Assembly (NCBI GenBank): GCA_029547705.1
Contig: JAKPOU010000020.1
Coordinates: forward strand, 26,351-90,350
DNA from: Bacteroidota bacterium
Lineage (GTDB): Bacteria; Bacteroidota; Bacteroidia; Bacteroidales; VadinHA17
Length of the DNA: 64,000 nt
Direction: 5' to 3'
Part shown: in pieces, positions 55,538-64,000 of the stretch
Numbering within the stretch: the first letter of the stretch is position 1
Layout of the letters: each line of letters opens with the position of its first letter
Notes under the pieces: model-generated
The model's input: the letters and a program-made list of their open reading frames with translations, nothing else
Databases searched by the model: none
Told to the model about the DNA's origin: nothing
Program-made: the position numbers and the translations under genes

Positions 55538-57382
55538 ATGATCAGAAGAAATCTACTGAATATTGCAATCCTCCTGAGCTTCACAGGAAATCTGACGGGC
55601 CAGGAAATTGTTATCGGCCTTACCTCAAATCCGGTACTGAAAAATACCCCTTCACGGTCTGCAAAATCTTTTTCAGCCGAACAACTGACACTTCCGTTCT
55701 TCGATGATTTCTCCGGAAGAGATATTTATCCCGATCCCGCAAAATGGAGTGACGATAATGTGTTTATAAACAATACATATTCCCGGGATCAGATCACAAC
55801 AGGAATTGCCACATTTGATGCACTCGACAGAACAGGCAGACTATACGGGGAAGCATCTCCGGTAACATTCAGGGCCGATGTCCTGACTTCACAACCCATA
55901 GACCTTGCCTACACAGCGGCTGACAATATCCGGCTCAGTTTCTTTTACCAGCCGGGCGGCATAGGTGACATGCCCGAGAAAAATGACACCCTCACCCTCC
56001 ATTTCTTCGCACCTGACGAAAATAAGTGGTATTCGGTATGGAGAGCCTACGGCGATTCTTCAGGGATATTCAGACTGGCCATGCTGAAAATAGATGATCC
56101 CAGGTTCCTTAAAACGGGCTTCCGGTTCAGGTTTATAAATTATGCCAGTCTTAGCCGCAGCAAAACCGACCTTTCCATGACAGGCAACTGTGACCACTGG
56201 AATATAGACTATGTACTGCTGGATAAAAACAGAAGCAGCAGAGATACCATTTTCCACGATGTGGCATTCAGGAAACCATTCCGGTCGCTTCTAAAAAATC
56301 ACGAGGCCATGCCACCCGCACATTTCAACAAGATATACCTTCAGGAAATGGGGGATAACATCCCGATAAGCTACCGTAACAACGACACCATTGTCAGGAA
56401 TGTCACAAGAAACTTCAGAATATGGGATGTCTACAAAAATGAGGAAGCAATATCTTTCTCAGCCGGAGCTGCAAATGTCGGTCCTCTTGAGAATGTTGAC
56501 TACAATGCCAGCCTGTTCTATACTTTCAACACAATAGGCCGGGATTCCGCGCTCTTCAAGATAAACGCATGGCTTAAGACCGACGATTTTGATCCCAAAA
56601 CAAACGATACCGTTACCTATTTCCAGGTATTCAGAAACTATTTTGCCTATGACGACGGTTCGGCTGAGGCAGGTTACGGCATTAACGGCCTCGGATCGAG
56701 AAATGCAATGGTTGCGGTGAGGTTCAGGGCCTACACCCGGGATACTCTCAGAGCCATAAGCATCTGTTTCAATGACAGCTATATGCGGGCTAACCGGAGA
56801 AGCTTCAGTCTCATGGTATGGAACGACAACAACGGCCTGCCGGGCGATGTTATCTATACAAGACAGGAAACAATGGTTGAGCAGGCAGGGGATATAAACG
56901 GCTTCCATACATATTTTCTGCCCTCGGGTGTTGCCGTGGAGGATAATTTCTATGTCGGATGGAAACAGCAGTCAGAAACCTTTCTCAATGCCGGATTCGA
57001 CCTCAACACACCCCACAGGGGCAATCTGCTGTATTGGATAAACGGCAGCTGGTTCACCTCCCAGCATTCCGGTACTCTCATGATAAGACCCGTGGTCGGG
57101 CCTCCTGTCAGAACATCCGTTCATGATGTTTACCATAATCCGGAAACGCCTCTGCGCTTCCATCCCAATCCTGCAAGGGATTATATATCCTTCGACAGAA
57201 AGGATCTGACAGAAACGGACCAGTATGATGTTTCCGTTTTTGATCTCAACGGGAGGGAGCTTCTGAAAGTGAAAATGACGGATAAAACAGATATCTCCTC
57301 ATTGAAACCGGGTGCCTACATTATTGTTCTTGGCAGGAACGGGAAAGCGGTGGGATACAGCCGCCTCATCAAAATAAAGTAA
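55538..57382 (+). CDS. Protein with T9SS type A C-terminal sorting domain
   Basis: Signal peptide from ATG 55538; LPFFDDFS; C-terminal FHPNPARD...VFDLNGRE...LKPGAYII...RLIKIK. Confidence 0.85.
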   Translation: MIRRNLLNIAILLSFTGNLTGQEIVIGLTSNPVLKNTPSRSAKSFSAEQLTLPFFDDFSGRDIYPDPAKWSDDNVFINNTYSRDQITTGIATFDALDRTGRLYGEASPVTFRADVLTSQPIDLAYTAADNIRLSFFYQPGGIGDMPEKNDTLTLHFFAPDENKWYSVWRAYGDSSGIFRLAMLKIDDPRFLKTGFRFRFINYASLSRSKTDLSMTGNCDHWNIDYVLLDKNRSSRDTIFHDVAFRKPFRSLLKNHEAMPPAHFNKIYLQEMGDNIPISYRNNDTIVRNVTRNFRIWDVYKNEEAISFSAGAANVGPLENVDYNASLFYTFNTIGRDSALFKINAWLKTDDFDPKTNDTVTYFQVFRNYFAYDDGSAEAGYGINGLGSRNAMVAVRFRAYTRDTLRAISICFNDSYMRANRRSFSLMVWNDNNGLPGDVIYTRQETMVEQAGDINGFHTYFLPSGVAVEDNFYVGWKQQSETFLNAGFDLNTPHRGNLLYWINGSWFTSQHSGTLMIRPVVGPPVRTSVHDVYHNPETPLRFHPNPARDYISFDRKDLTETDQYDVSVFDLNGRELLKVKMTDKTDISSLKPGAYIIVLGRNGKAVGYSRLIKIK

Positions 57383-57390
57383 TACCCGGA

Positions 57391-58419
57391 ATGTCGGAGG
57401 AAGAAATAGCCGAAAAACAGGAACTGTTTGAACATTACAGGTTTAATGTTGATCCCGGGCAGTCTCTCCTGAGGATAGATAAATATCTGTTTTCACGTAT
57501 TGAGAACACCTCGAGGACAAGGATCCGGAATGCTGCCGATGCAGGAAATATCCTGGTGAACGATATACCCGTCAGGGCAAACTACAGGGTGAAGCCGGAT
57601 GATATTGTACGGATCGTTCTGCCCGATCCGCCGAGGGAGATCGAACTGATCCCGGAAGACATTCCCATTGATATCATTTATGAGGACGATGACGTGATCG
57701 TGGTCAACAAGGCAGCAGGTATGGTAGTCCACCCGGCTTACGGCAATTACAGCGGAACGCTGGTCAATGCCCTCATGTGGCATTTCAGGGATCTGCCGCT
57801 CTTCGCAACAGGTGAACTGAGGCCGGGTCTCGTTCACAGAATAGACAAGAACACATCGGGCCTTCTCGTTGTGGCCAAGAACGAGATTTCCCTCAACAGG
57901 CTCTCAAGGCAGTTCTACGAAAAGACGGCGGACCGCATCTATACCGCGATTGCCTGGGGTGTACCTGCTCCGGCAGAAGGCACGGTCACGGGACATATCG
58001 GCAGGAATATACGCGACAGGAAAATAATGCAGGTCTTTCCCGACGGAAGCCGGGGAAAACCTGCCATCACCCACTATAAGGTTCTCGAAAACCTGGGATA
58101 TATTTCACTTATCGAATGCAGACTCGAAACAGGACGAACGCATCAGATAAGAGTACATTTCAGTTATATCGGGCACCCCCTCTTCAATGATGATGAATAC
58201 GGGGGTGACAGGATTCTTAAGGGTACGACGTTCCAAAAATACAGGCAGTTTGTAAGAAACTGCTTCAGCCTGCTGCCGCGGCAGGCACTTCATGCCAGAT
58301 TTCTGTCATTCAGCCATCCCGTAACAGGTAAAAGGCTGTCTTTTGACACCCCGATGCCGGACGACATGCAGCAGGTAATCACACGGTGGAGAGAATACAT
58401 ATCGGGAAGGGATGCATAG
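57391..58419 (+). CDS. RluA/RluD family pseudouridine synthase
   Basis: S4 domain; VVNKAAGMVVHP, VHRIDKNTSGL, LETGRTHQIRVH. Confidence 0.95.
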   Translation: MSEEEIAEKQELFEHYRFNVDPGQSLLRIDKYLFSRIENTSRTRIRNAADAGNILVNDIPVRANYRVKPDDIVRIVLPDPPREIELIPEDIPIDIIYEDDDVIVVNKAAGMVVHPAYGNYSGTLVNALMWHFRDLPLFATGELRPGLVHRIDKNTSGLLVVAKNEISLNRLSRQFYEKTADRIYTAIAWGVPAPAEGTVTGHIGRNIRDRKIMQVFPDGSRGKPAITHYKVLENLGYISLIECRLETGRTHQIRVHFSYIGHPLFNDDEYGGDRILKGTTFQKYRQFVRNCFSLLPRQALHARFLSFSHPVTGKRLSFDTPMPDDMQQVITRWREYISGRDA

Positions 58420-58425
58420 AATTTG

Positions 58426-58433
58426 TAATTTTG
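58426..58433 (+). promoter_or_regulatory. Internal -7 promoter box before ddl
   Basis: TAATTTTG about 20 nt before start. Confidence 0.5.
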
Positions 58434-58452
58434 ACCTGAAACCAGCCTAATA

Positions 58453-59424
58453 ATGAAAACCATTGCAGTAGTAGCCGGCGGTGACTCATCAGAATACCAG
58501 ATCTCCGTAAAGAGCGGAAAATCGGTCGCCGGAATAATCTCATCCCTTTACAGAGTCTATCTGATAATCATCAGGGGCAGCAACTGGTACTGGGAGGATC
58601 CCAAAGGGAGATACCACACCGTCGACAAGAATAACTTCACCCTTAAAGCTGATGATCTGACCATCAGGTTTGATGCCGTCTTCATCGCCATCCACGGCAA
58701 ACCCGGTGAAAACGGCATGCTGCAGGGCTATTTCGACATGCTTCAGATTCCCTATACAGGGAGCAGCTCATTCTGTTCCGCCCTCACTTTCAATAAGCAT
58801 GCATGCAAGCTGTTCCTGAAGGAATACAATATAGGAATGGCCGAAAGCATTTTTTTAAGAAAGAACGAGAAGCCGGACAATGCTGTCATTGTAAACAAAC
58901 TGGGACTGCCATGTTTTGTAAAACCCAACGACAGCGGTTCGAGTTTCGGGGTTTCAAAGGTCAGACAGGCCGGGGAACTGGCTGATGCCATATCAGAGGC
59001 ATTCAGGGAAAGCGATGAGATACTGATTGAATCATTCATGCAGGGCAGGGAGGTTGCCTGCGGCCTGGTGATGACAAAATCACGGAAAATAATCCTGCCC
59101 CTTACCGAAATAATAAGCAAAAATGAATTTTTCGATTTCGAGGCAAAATATACCCCGGGGAAGTCTGATGAAATTACACCTGCTGACCTTCCGGAGAAAC
59201 TGACTGATGAGATCCGGAAGCTGAGCTCCCGGATAGCTGACCTGCTCGGCTGCAGTGGAATAGTCCGGGTCGATTTCATAATTGTCGGCAATAAGCCTCT
59301 TTTCCTGGAAATCAACACAGTACCCGGAATGACAGAAGAAAGCATCATTCCCAAACAGGCAGCAGCCGCCGGAATTCCCCTTAAGGACCTGTACTCGATG
59401 GTGATCGAGGACTTGTTTGTCTAA
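58453..59424 (+). CDS. ddl: D-alanine--D-alanine ligase
   Basis: GGDSSEY, IHGKPGENG, VKPNDSGSSFG, FFDFEAKY, EINTVPGMT. Confidence 0.96.
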   Translation: MKTIAVVAGGDSSEYQISVKSGKSVAGIISSLYRVYLIIIRGSNWYWEDPKGRYHTVDKNNFTLKADDLTIRFDAVFIAIHGKPGENGMLQGYFDMLQIPYTGSSSFCSALTFNKHACKLFLKEYNIGMAESIFLRKNEKPDNAVIVNKLGLPCFVKPNDSGSSFGVSKVRQAGELADAISEAFRESDEILIESFMQGREVACGLVMTKSRKIILPLTEIISKNEFFDFEAKYTPGKSDEITPADLPEKLTDEIRKLSSRIADLLGCSGIVRVDFIIVGNKPLFLEINTVPGMTEESIIPKQAAAAGIPLKDLYSMVIEDLFV

Positions 59425-59541
59425 CAACACTGCCCTGAATCACCTGATGAATCACCTGTAATTCCCTCCACGGGCGCAAAAGCAAAGAACCCGGCTTCCG
59501 CCCCGGAATGGGAATGGCATTAATACCGGGAAACCGGGCGC

Positions 59542-60936
59542 TTACTTTTCTCTGGCCTTTTTCAGTGCACCGGTAGTTGTATAATACTTGGTGATCATTC
59601 CCGGCACTTCCCAGTCAGGCAGCCTGCCCGCTTCCATATATTCCAGGAATTTTTCCGTCACCTGTCCGAAATGCTCTTCATGCGAGATCCGGTATTCATC
59701 AGGGATATTTATCTTCAGATTGTTCCTGCCTGCAGTTTCCACTGCAAGTCCCTCATAGGGCAATGACGAAAGTGCTTTTTCAAGTGTCCCGGTGAAATCA
59801 CCCGGGGATACTCCCCTGATATTCTCGACATAAAGGGTGGGAATGAATTTCTCTTCAGCCCCCTGCCTGATCACCAGGTCGCAGGTACTGCCCCGCATTA
59901 CCGAATAATGAGTATCTCCGCCTCCGGGAGGAGCCTCATAATTCCATTCAACAGACACCCTGGCCCAGACACCCCTGATCTGATATACCATTTCACCATT
60001 TGCAAACACATTCAGTTTTCCGTCCCTGATATCTTTCTGCAGGTAGTCAGGAAAATCCTCAAGGTTTGTCACAGCCTTGAATTGCTCCCTGGTAATAATC
60101 GTAGGCCAGCGTTTTGCGGAAAAAATGCTTACATCAGCCGGTGAAAGTATCTGTTCCGGAAAACATTCCCACTGTATAAGATCCACCAGATGGGTTGTAA
60201 CATCAACGATTCCTTCCCCCTGCTGGTCCACATCAAAGAACCATCCCGGCCTTATGTTGGGAGCTCCCGCCACAAGCTTCAGGAAATGATGCACACTGAT
60301 CTTGGATACGGCAGGATCATCAGGCGTTCCCTGTACAAGCTTTCCGAATACCTCTTCCTTCATTGACAGAAGCTTTTGCAGTATGGTGGTAATCTCAAAC
60401 CTTTCAGTCATGATGTCATATATCAGCACACCTTTCTCCGCTGCTGTCCTGAAAGCCTGTTCAAGCCGGGGAAAATCCTCAGGCAGTATTATCATCGGCT
60501 TGTCGGCATACACATTCAGTCCTGCATCAACCGACCTGCTGATATATTCCGCTTTTTTCAGGTTGTTTCCCGAAAGAACAACGACATTCCCAGGCCGGTT
60601 TTCCAGCATCTTCTCGAAAAAATCAGGACCTGTATACACTATTTCATTCCAGGAAGTAGGGTTTTCGGCACGTTCATTGAAACCCCTTATCCTGTTGAGA
60701 TGCATGACATAATCAGGACTTTCCGGTGCATATACATGCACCTCGGGATTTACCTCATCATACATTATCCTCTGGACCAGGGCCGCATGAAAATGGCCCG
60801 GATCAACTGTCATAAGACTTACCGGGTAATTACTGTCCATCTTTTTTCCGGATTTTGACTGTTTATGTCCTGCTCCTCCGCCTCCGCAGGAAGTTATAAT
60901 CACTGAAACCAACACTGGCAGAATTATGTTTTTCAT
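59542..60936 (-). CDS. Gfo/Idh/MocA-like putative oxidoreductase lipoprotein
   Basis: Lipobox IITSC from ATG 60936; DPGHFHAALVQ, ADKPM, DIMTERFE, GIVDVTTHLVD. Confidence 0.75.
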   Translation of the reverse strand: MKNIILPVLVSVIITSCGGGGAGHKQSKSGKKMDSNYPVSLMTVDPGHFHAALVQRIMYDEVNPEVHVYAPESPDYVMHLNRIRGFNERAENPTSWNEIVYTGPDFFEKMLENRPGNVVVLSGNNLKKAEYISRSVDAGLNVYADKPMIILPEDFPRLEQAFRTAAEKGVLIYDIMTERFEITTILQKLLSMKEEVFGKLVQGTPDDPAVSKISVHHFLKLVAGAPNIRPGWFFDVDQQGEGIVDVTTHLVDLIQWECFPEQILSPADVSIFSAKRWPTIITREQFKAVTNLEDFPDYLQKDIRDGKLNVFANGEMVYQIRGVWARVSVEWNYEAPPGGGDTHYSVMRGSTCDLVIRQGAEEKFIPTLYVENIRGVSPGDFTGTLEKALSSLPYEGLAVETAGRNNLKINIPDEYRISHEEHFGQVTEKFLEYMEAGRLPDWEVPGMITKYYTTTGALKKAREK

Positions 60937-61045
60937 TTTTTTATTATTAAGTTGTTTTAAGATTTCTGTTCTGGCTCCCCGGTCCGGAGCTCCCTCCGGC
61001 AGAATAAACGGCACTGGGGTGCATTACTATCACTATATTGAATAT

Positions 61046-62080
61046 TCACTGGTTGTTCCTGACCGCCCTGATGAAGGCATGAATGTTGGCATCACTTACA
61101 TCCGGCGGCATTCCTCCCCCCGCCGACCAGATAATCCGTTCATGAGTTCCTGTTTCCGCAAACGCCTTTTTTACCGCTTCTTCAACCTGTTCTGCCGTGC
61201 CTGCCGCCAGTACATCCCTTCCGGGAATATTCCCTACCAGAACCACCTCCGGTCCGGCAAGTTCCCTTATCTCACCCATTGAATGATTGAAAGAGAAATT
61301 GAACATATTGACACCCATCTCTTTCAGATTGGCAGCGGTTATGAGTCCGTCAGCATCATTATGCAGGAACCTGACCTTCGTTCCGGCATGATCAAAGATC
61401 TCCCTGAAATAGGGCAGGGCAAACTCCCCGAACTCAGCCTCCCCGACAAACCCCATAATGTCATCCAGTATAAGCACACCGTCAATGGACGGGAAGCATT
61501 CCGCCTGCCAGCTCAGCCAGTCCTGTATGAAAAGTGTGATTTTCCGGAGCAGCTTATGAGAGTTTTCGGGATCAAGGGCAAGAGCCATCATAAATTCTGT
61601 TGTGCCCATCAGGAAACTGGCTATGTTCATCGGTCCCCTTGCAACGGCAAATCTTATCTGATGATCTGCCTCCCTTATTGCCTCTTCATTCCTCCTGAGC
61701 CGCCCAATCATAAAGGGAAGCAGTCCGTCGGTCTTTACATTGGGCTGGGGAAGCCTGTCAACATCTTCAATATTGTCCAGTATTTTCTCGGCATGGGGAA
61801 GACTATCATCAAGGAAAATCATCCTGGAACCAAAGGCCGACGGTTCGGTGCACATTCCGTATTCCGACCAGAATCCGGGCAGGAACCATACATCGGGGAA
61901 AGTTTCTGCAGCCCTGATATTGGACCGGAGCCAGTATTCGTCCGAGGAATAATAATCTACGGCTGAGATGCCGTACCATCCAGGTATCCAGGGACTGTCA
62001 ATAATAAAACCAACTGGCTGATAATCCGTTTTTCCGTTGTCAATCAGCCTGATCAGGTCATTCCAGAATAAATTTTTCAT
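61046..62080 (-). CDS. URO-D/methyltransferase-2 fold protein of unknown function
   Basis: RGPMNIASFLMG, ILDD..G, LVGNI, SAGGGMPP...NI.A pattern; lacks the HemE WxMRQAGRY motif. Confidence 0.8.
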   Translation of the reverse strand: MKNLFWNDLIRLIDNGKTDYQPVGFIIDSPWIPGWYGISAVDYYSSDEYWLRSNIRAAETFPDVWFLPGFWSEYGMCTEPSAFGSRMIFLDDSLPHAEKILDNIEDVDRLPQPNVKTDGLLPFMIGRLRRNEEAIREADHQIRFAVARGPMNIASFLMGTTEFMMALALDPENSHKLLRKITLFIQDWLSWQAECFPSIDGVLILDDIMGFVGEAEFGEFALPYFREIFDHAGTKVRFLHNDADGLITAANLKEMGVNMFNFSFNHSMGEIRELAGPEVVLVGNIPGRDVLAAGTAEQVEEAVKKAFAETGTHERIIWSAGGGMPPDVSDANIHAFIRAVRNNQ

Positions 62081-62115
62081 TTGCCCGGTGCTTGTGATTC
62101 ATAAAATAATCCCGG

Positions 62116-62135
62116 AATAAATTAGGTAATTTATT
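62116..62135. promoter_or_regulatory. Perfect 9-2-9 palindrome, candidate operator
   Basis: AATAAATTA-GG-TAATTTATT, 36-55 nt upstream of the 62080 start. Confidence 0.5.
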
Positions 62136-62177
62136 TCAGGGAAAAAAATTAATTGTCTCTGCAGGCTGTGCCTTCTG

Positions 62178-64000
62178 CTACAGTTCAATCTCCGGGAAAG
62201 CAATATCAGCCGTTCTGTATGAATCGATGGGGTCACAGGTACAGACAAGGTTTCTGTCGCCATAGCCTTCATCTATCCTTCCTACTGCGGGCCAGAACTT
62301 ATTGTGCACAATCCATCCGGCTGGGAAAGCAGCTTTTTGTCTGTCGTACTTGTGATTCCATTCATTTGCAGTAATAACCATTACCGTATGCGGTGCGTTT
62401 TTGAGAACATTATCTTCCCTGTCTGCCTTTCCTTCCGCCACTTCATCAATCTCCCTGCGGATGGATTTCATGGCTTCAATGAACTTATCCAGCTCCTGCA
62501 GGGACTCTGATTCCGTCGGTTCAATCATCAGCGTACCGTATACCGGAAATGACAGGGTCGGTGCATGAAAGCCGTAATCCATCAGACGCTTGGCTATATC
62601 CGATTCGGTAATACCCGTCCCGGACTTAAAATTCCGGCAGTCCAGTATGAATTCATGGGCAACAAAACCTTCCTCACCTTTATACAGTGTCCGGAAATCA
62701 TCCTTAAGGGCAAATGAAATATAATTCGCGTTCAGTATCGCGTATTTGGCTGCCAGTGTCAGCCCCTCCGATCCCATCATCCTTATGAATGAATGTGATA
62801 TGGTCAGGATATGTGCACTTCCGAAAGGAGCGGCTGCCACGGCACTTATTCCCCGCTTTCCGCCGGTTTCAACCATCGGATGGGAAGGAAGGAATTCTGC
62901 AAGTTTTTCATTTACAAGTATCGGTCCCATTCCCGGCCCGCCGCCTCCATGAGGAATTGCAAATGTCTTGTGCAGGTTCAGATGACAGAGATCGGCTCCT
63001 ATTCTTCCGGGACTGGTAAGTCCCATCTGGGCATTCAGGTTTGCACCGTCCATATATACCAGTCCGCCGGCCTCATGAATAATGTTCACCATTTCAACAA
63101 CACCGGGTTCATACACACCATGTGTGGACGGGTATGTTATCATAAACCCTGCGAGATTATCCCTGTTTGCCTCCGTCTTTTTCCTCAGGTCATCAATGTC
63201 GATGTTTCCTCCCTCGTCACATTCGACAACCACTACCCGCATGCCTGCCATAACCGCACTGGCCGGGTTTGTACCGTGTGCTGATGAAGGTATCAGAACA
63301 GCATCCCTGTGTCCCTCCCCCTTCGACAAATGATATTCACGCATAACAAGGAGACCGGCATATTCCCCTGCGGCACCGGAATTTGGCTGGAAGGAAACTG
63401 CTGCAAATCCTGTAATCTCTTTCAGGTCTTCTCCCAGTTCATCCATCAGCTGATAATACCCCTCAGCCTGATCCTCCGGCACAAAGGGATGAATATTTGC
63501 AAATTCGGGCCAGCTGAGTGCAAACATCGAAGTGGCGGAATTAAGCTTCATGGTACAGGATCCGAGAGAGATCATTGAATGAGTAAGGGAAATATCCCTT
63601 CTTTCAAGCATCTTGATATAACGCATCATCTCCGTTTCGCTGTGATAGCTGTTGAAGGCAGCCTGCTCCAGGAAGGAGGACTTCCTGATGAATTTTTCAT
63701 CCGCTATTGTACAGCTGCACAGTTTTTCGGTCAGTGGAGTCTTTTTCCCGGCAGCCTCCGCGAATATGGCAGAGATGACATTTATCTCTTCAAGGCTGGT
63801 GATCTCATCCGTACTGATTATAACCGAACCATCTGAAGGATAATGGAAATTATATGCCCTGGCCAGGGCAAGATCCCTGATTTTATCCCGGGAAATATTT
63901 TCCGGCAGTTCAATCTTCAATGTATCAAAGAACACCTTGTTGAGTTGCCTGTAGCCAAGTTCCTTCAGGGAATCGTTCAGGGTACAGGCCGACCTGTGGA
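62178..64000 (-). CDS. gcvP: Glycine dehydrogenase (P protein), 5' part outside the window
   Basis: SMISLGSCTMKLN, QPNSGAAGEY, HGTNPASA, HLNLHKTF PLP lysine; frame open to the window edge. Confidence 0.97.
   Translation of the reverse strand, partial: HRSACTLNDSLKELGYRQLNKVFFDTLKIELPENISRDKIRDLALARAYNFHYPSDGSVIISTDEITSLEEINVISAIFAEAAGKKTPLTEKLCSCTIADEKFIRKSSFLEQAAFNSYHSETEMMRYIKMLERRDISLTHSMISLGSCTMKLNSATSMFALSWPEFANIHPFVPEDQAEGYYQLMDELGEDLKEITGFAAVSFQPNSGAAGEYAGLLVMREYHLSKGEGHRDAVLIPSSAHGTNPASAVMAGMRVVVVECDEGGNIDIDDLRKKTEANRDNLAGFMITYPSTHGVYEPGVVEMVNIIHEAGGLVYMDGANLNAQMGLTSPGRIGADLCHLNLHKTFAIPHGGGGPGMGPILVNEKLAEFLPSHPMVETGGKRGISAVAAAPFGSAHILTISHSFIRMMGSEGLTLAAKYAILNANYISFALKDDFRTLYKGEEGFVAHEFILDCRNFKSGTGITESDIAKRLMDYGFHAPTLSFPVYGTLMIEPTESESLQELDKFIEAMKSIRREIDEVAEGKADREDNVLKNAPHTVMVITANEWNHKYDRQKAAFPAGWIVHNKFWPAVGRIDEGYGDRNLVCTCDPIDSYRTADIAFPEIEL

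Noticed and set aside
61046-62080. Calling this gene hemE or mtaA
   Set aside because: Signature residues for both activities are missing.
1-64000. Many 60-250 aa ORFs antisense or out of frame to recognised genes (e.g. 26646-27407, 34456-35160, 39569-40294, 58752-59354, 61283-61966)
   Set aside because: They overlap well-supported CDS, show no motifs, and look like shadow frames.
1-64000. CRISPR array, tRNA/rRNA/tmRNA, IS, integrase, prophage or defence genes
   Set aside because: No repeat-spacer periodicity, cloverleaf or mobile-element motif seen; intergenic gaps are all under about 300 bp. This was a scan by eye, so small RNAs could be missed.

Overview
A gene-dense 64 kb core-chromosome segment from a Bacteroidota organism, probably an anaerobic Bacteroidales lineage. 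The assignment rests on many TAnnTTTG -7 promoter boxes, fused MurF-Alr, a GldB-like lipoprotein, a T9SS C-terminal domain and bcp-recA linkage. It holds 52 CDS, two of them absent from the ORF track: a 2x[4Fe-4S] ferredoxin (32259-32429) and rpmH (53300-53458). Most genes are housekeeping (recA, uvrA, dnaB, smpB, miaA, tgt, rsmG/rsmI, ddl, ispE, nadE, lpdA, gcvP, a metal ABC transporter), alongside several peptidases and envelope/regulatory modules. I saw no rRNA, tRNA, CRISPR array, prophage, IS element, intein or defence system, and no clear-cut new system. The best leads are: (1) a tandem pair of one active and one apparently dead M14 peptidase with a swapped ExxH motif; (2) a two-component system with an 11-bp-phased triple GTTAAT box in front of a divergent, unknown exported coiled-coil protein; (3) a NadE whose glutaminase nucleophile is lost; (4) an ECF sigma with a Dma/Reo-like anti-sigma and two matching candidate promoters; (5) a URO-D-fold protein plus oxidoreductase-like lipoprotein behind a palindrome; (6) an Omp85 with a degenerate peptidase domain; (7) DnaA-box-like clusters near dnaB and rsmG. 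All family calls come from motif recognition by eye, not database searches.
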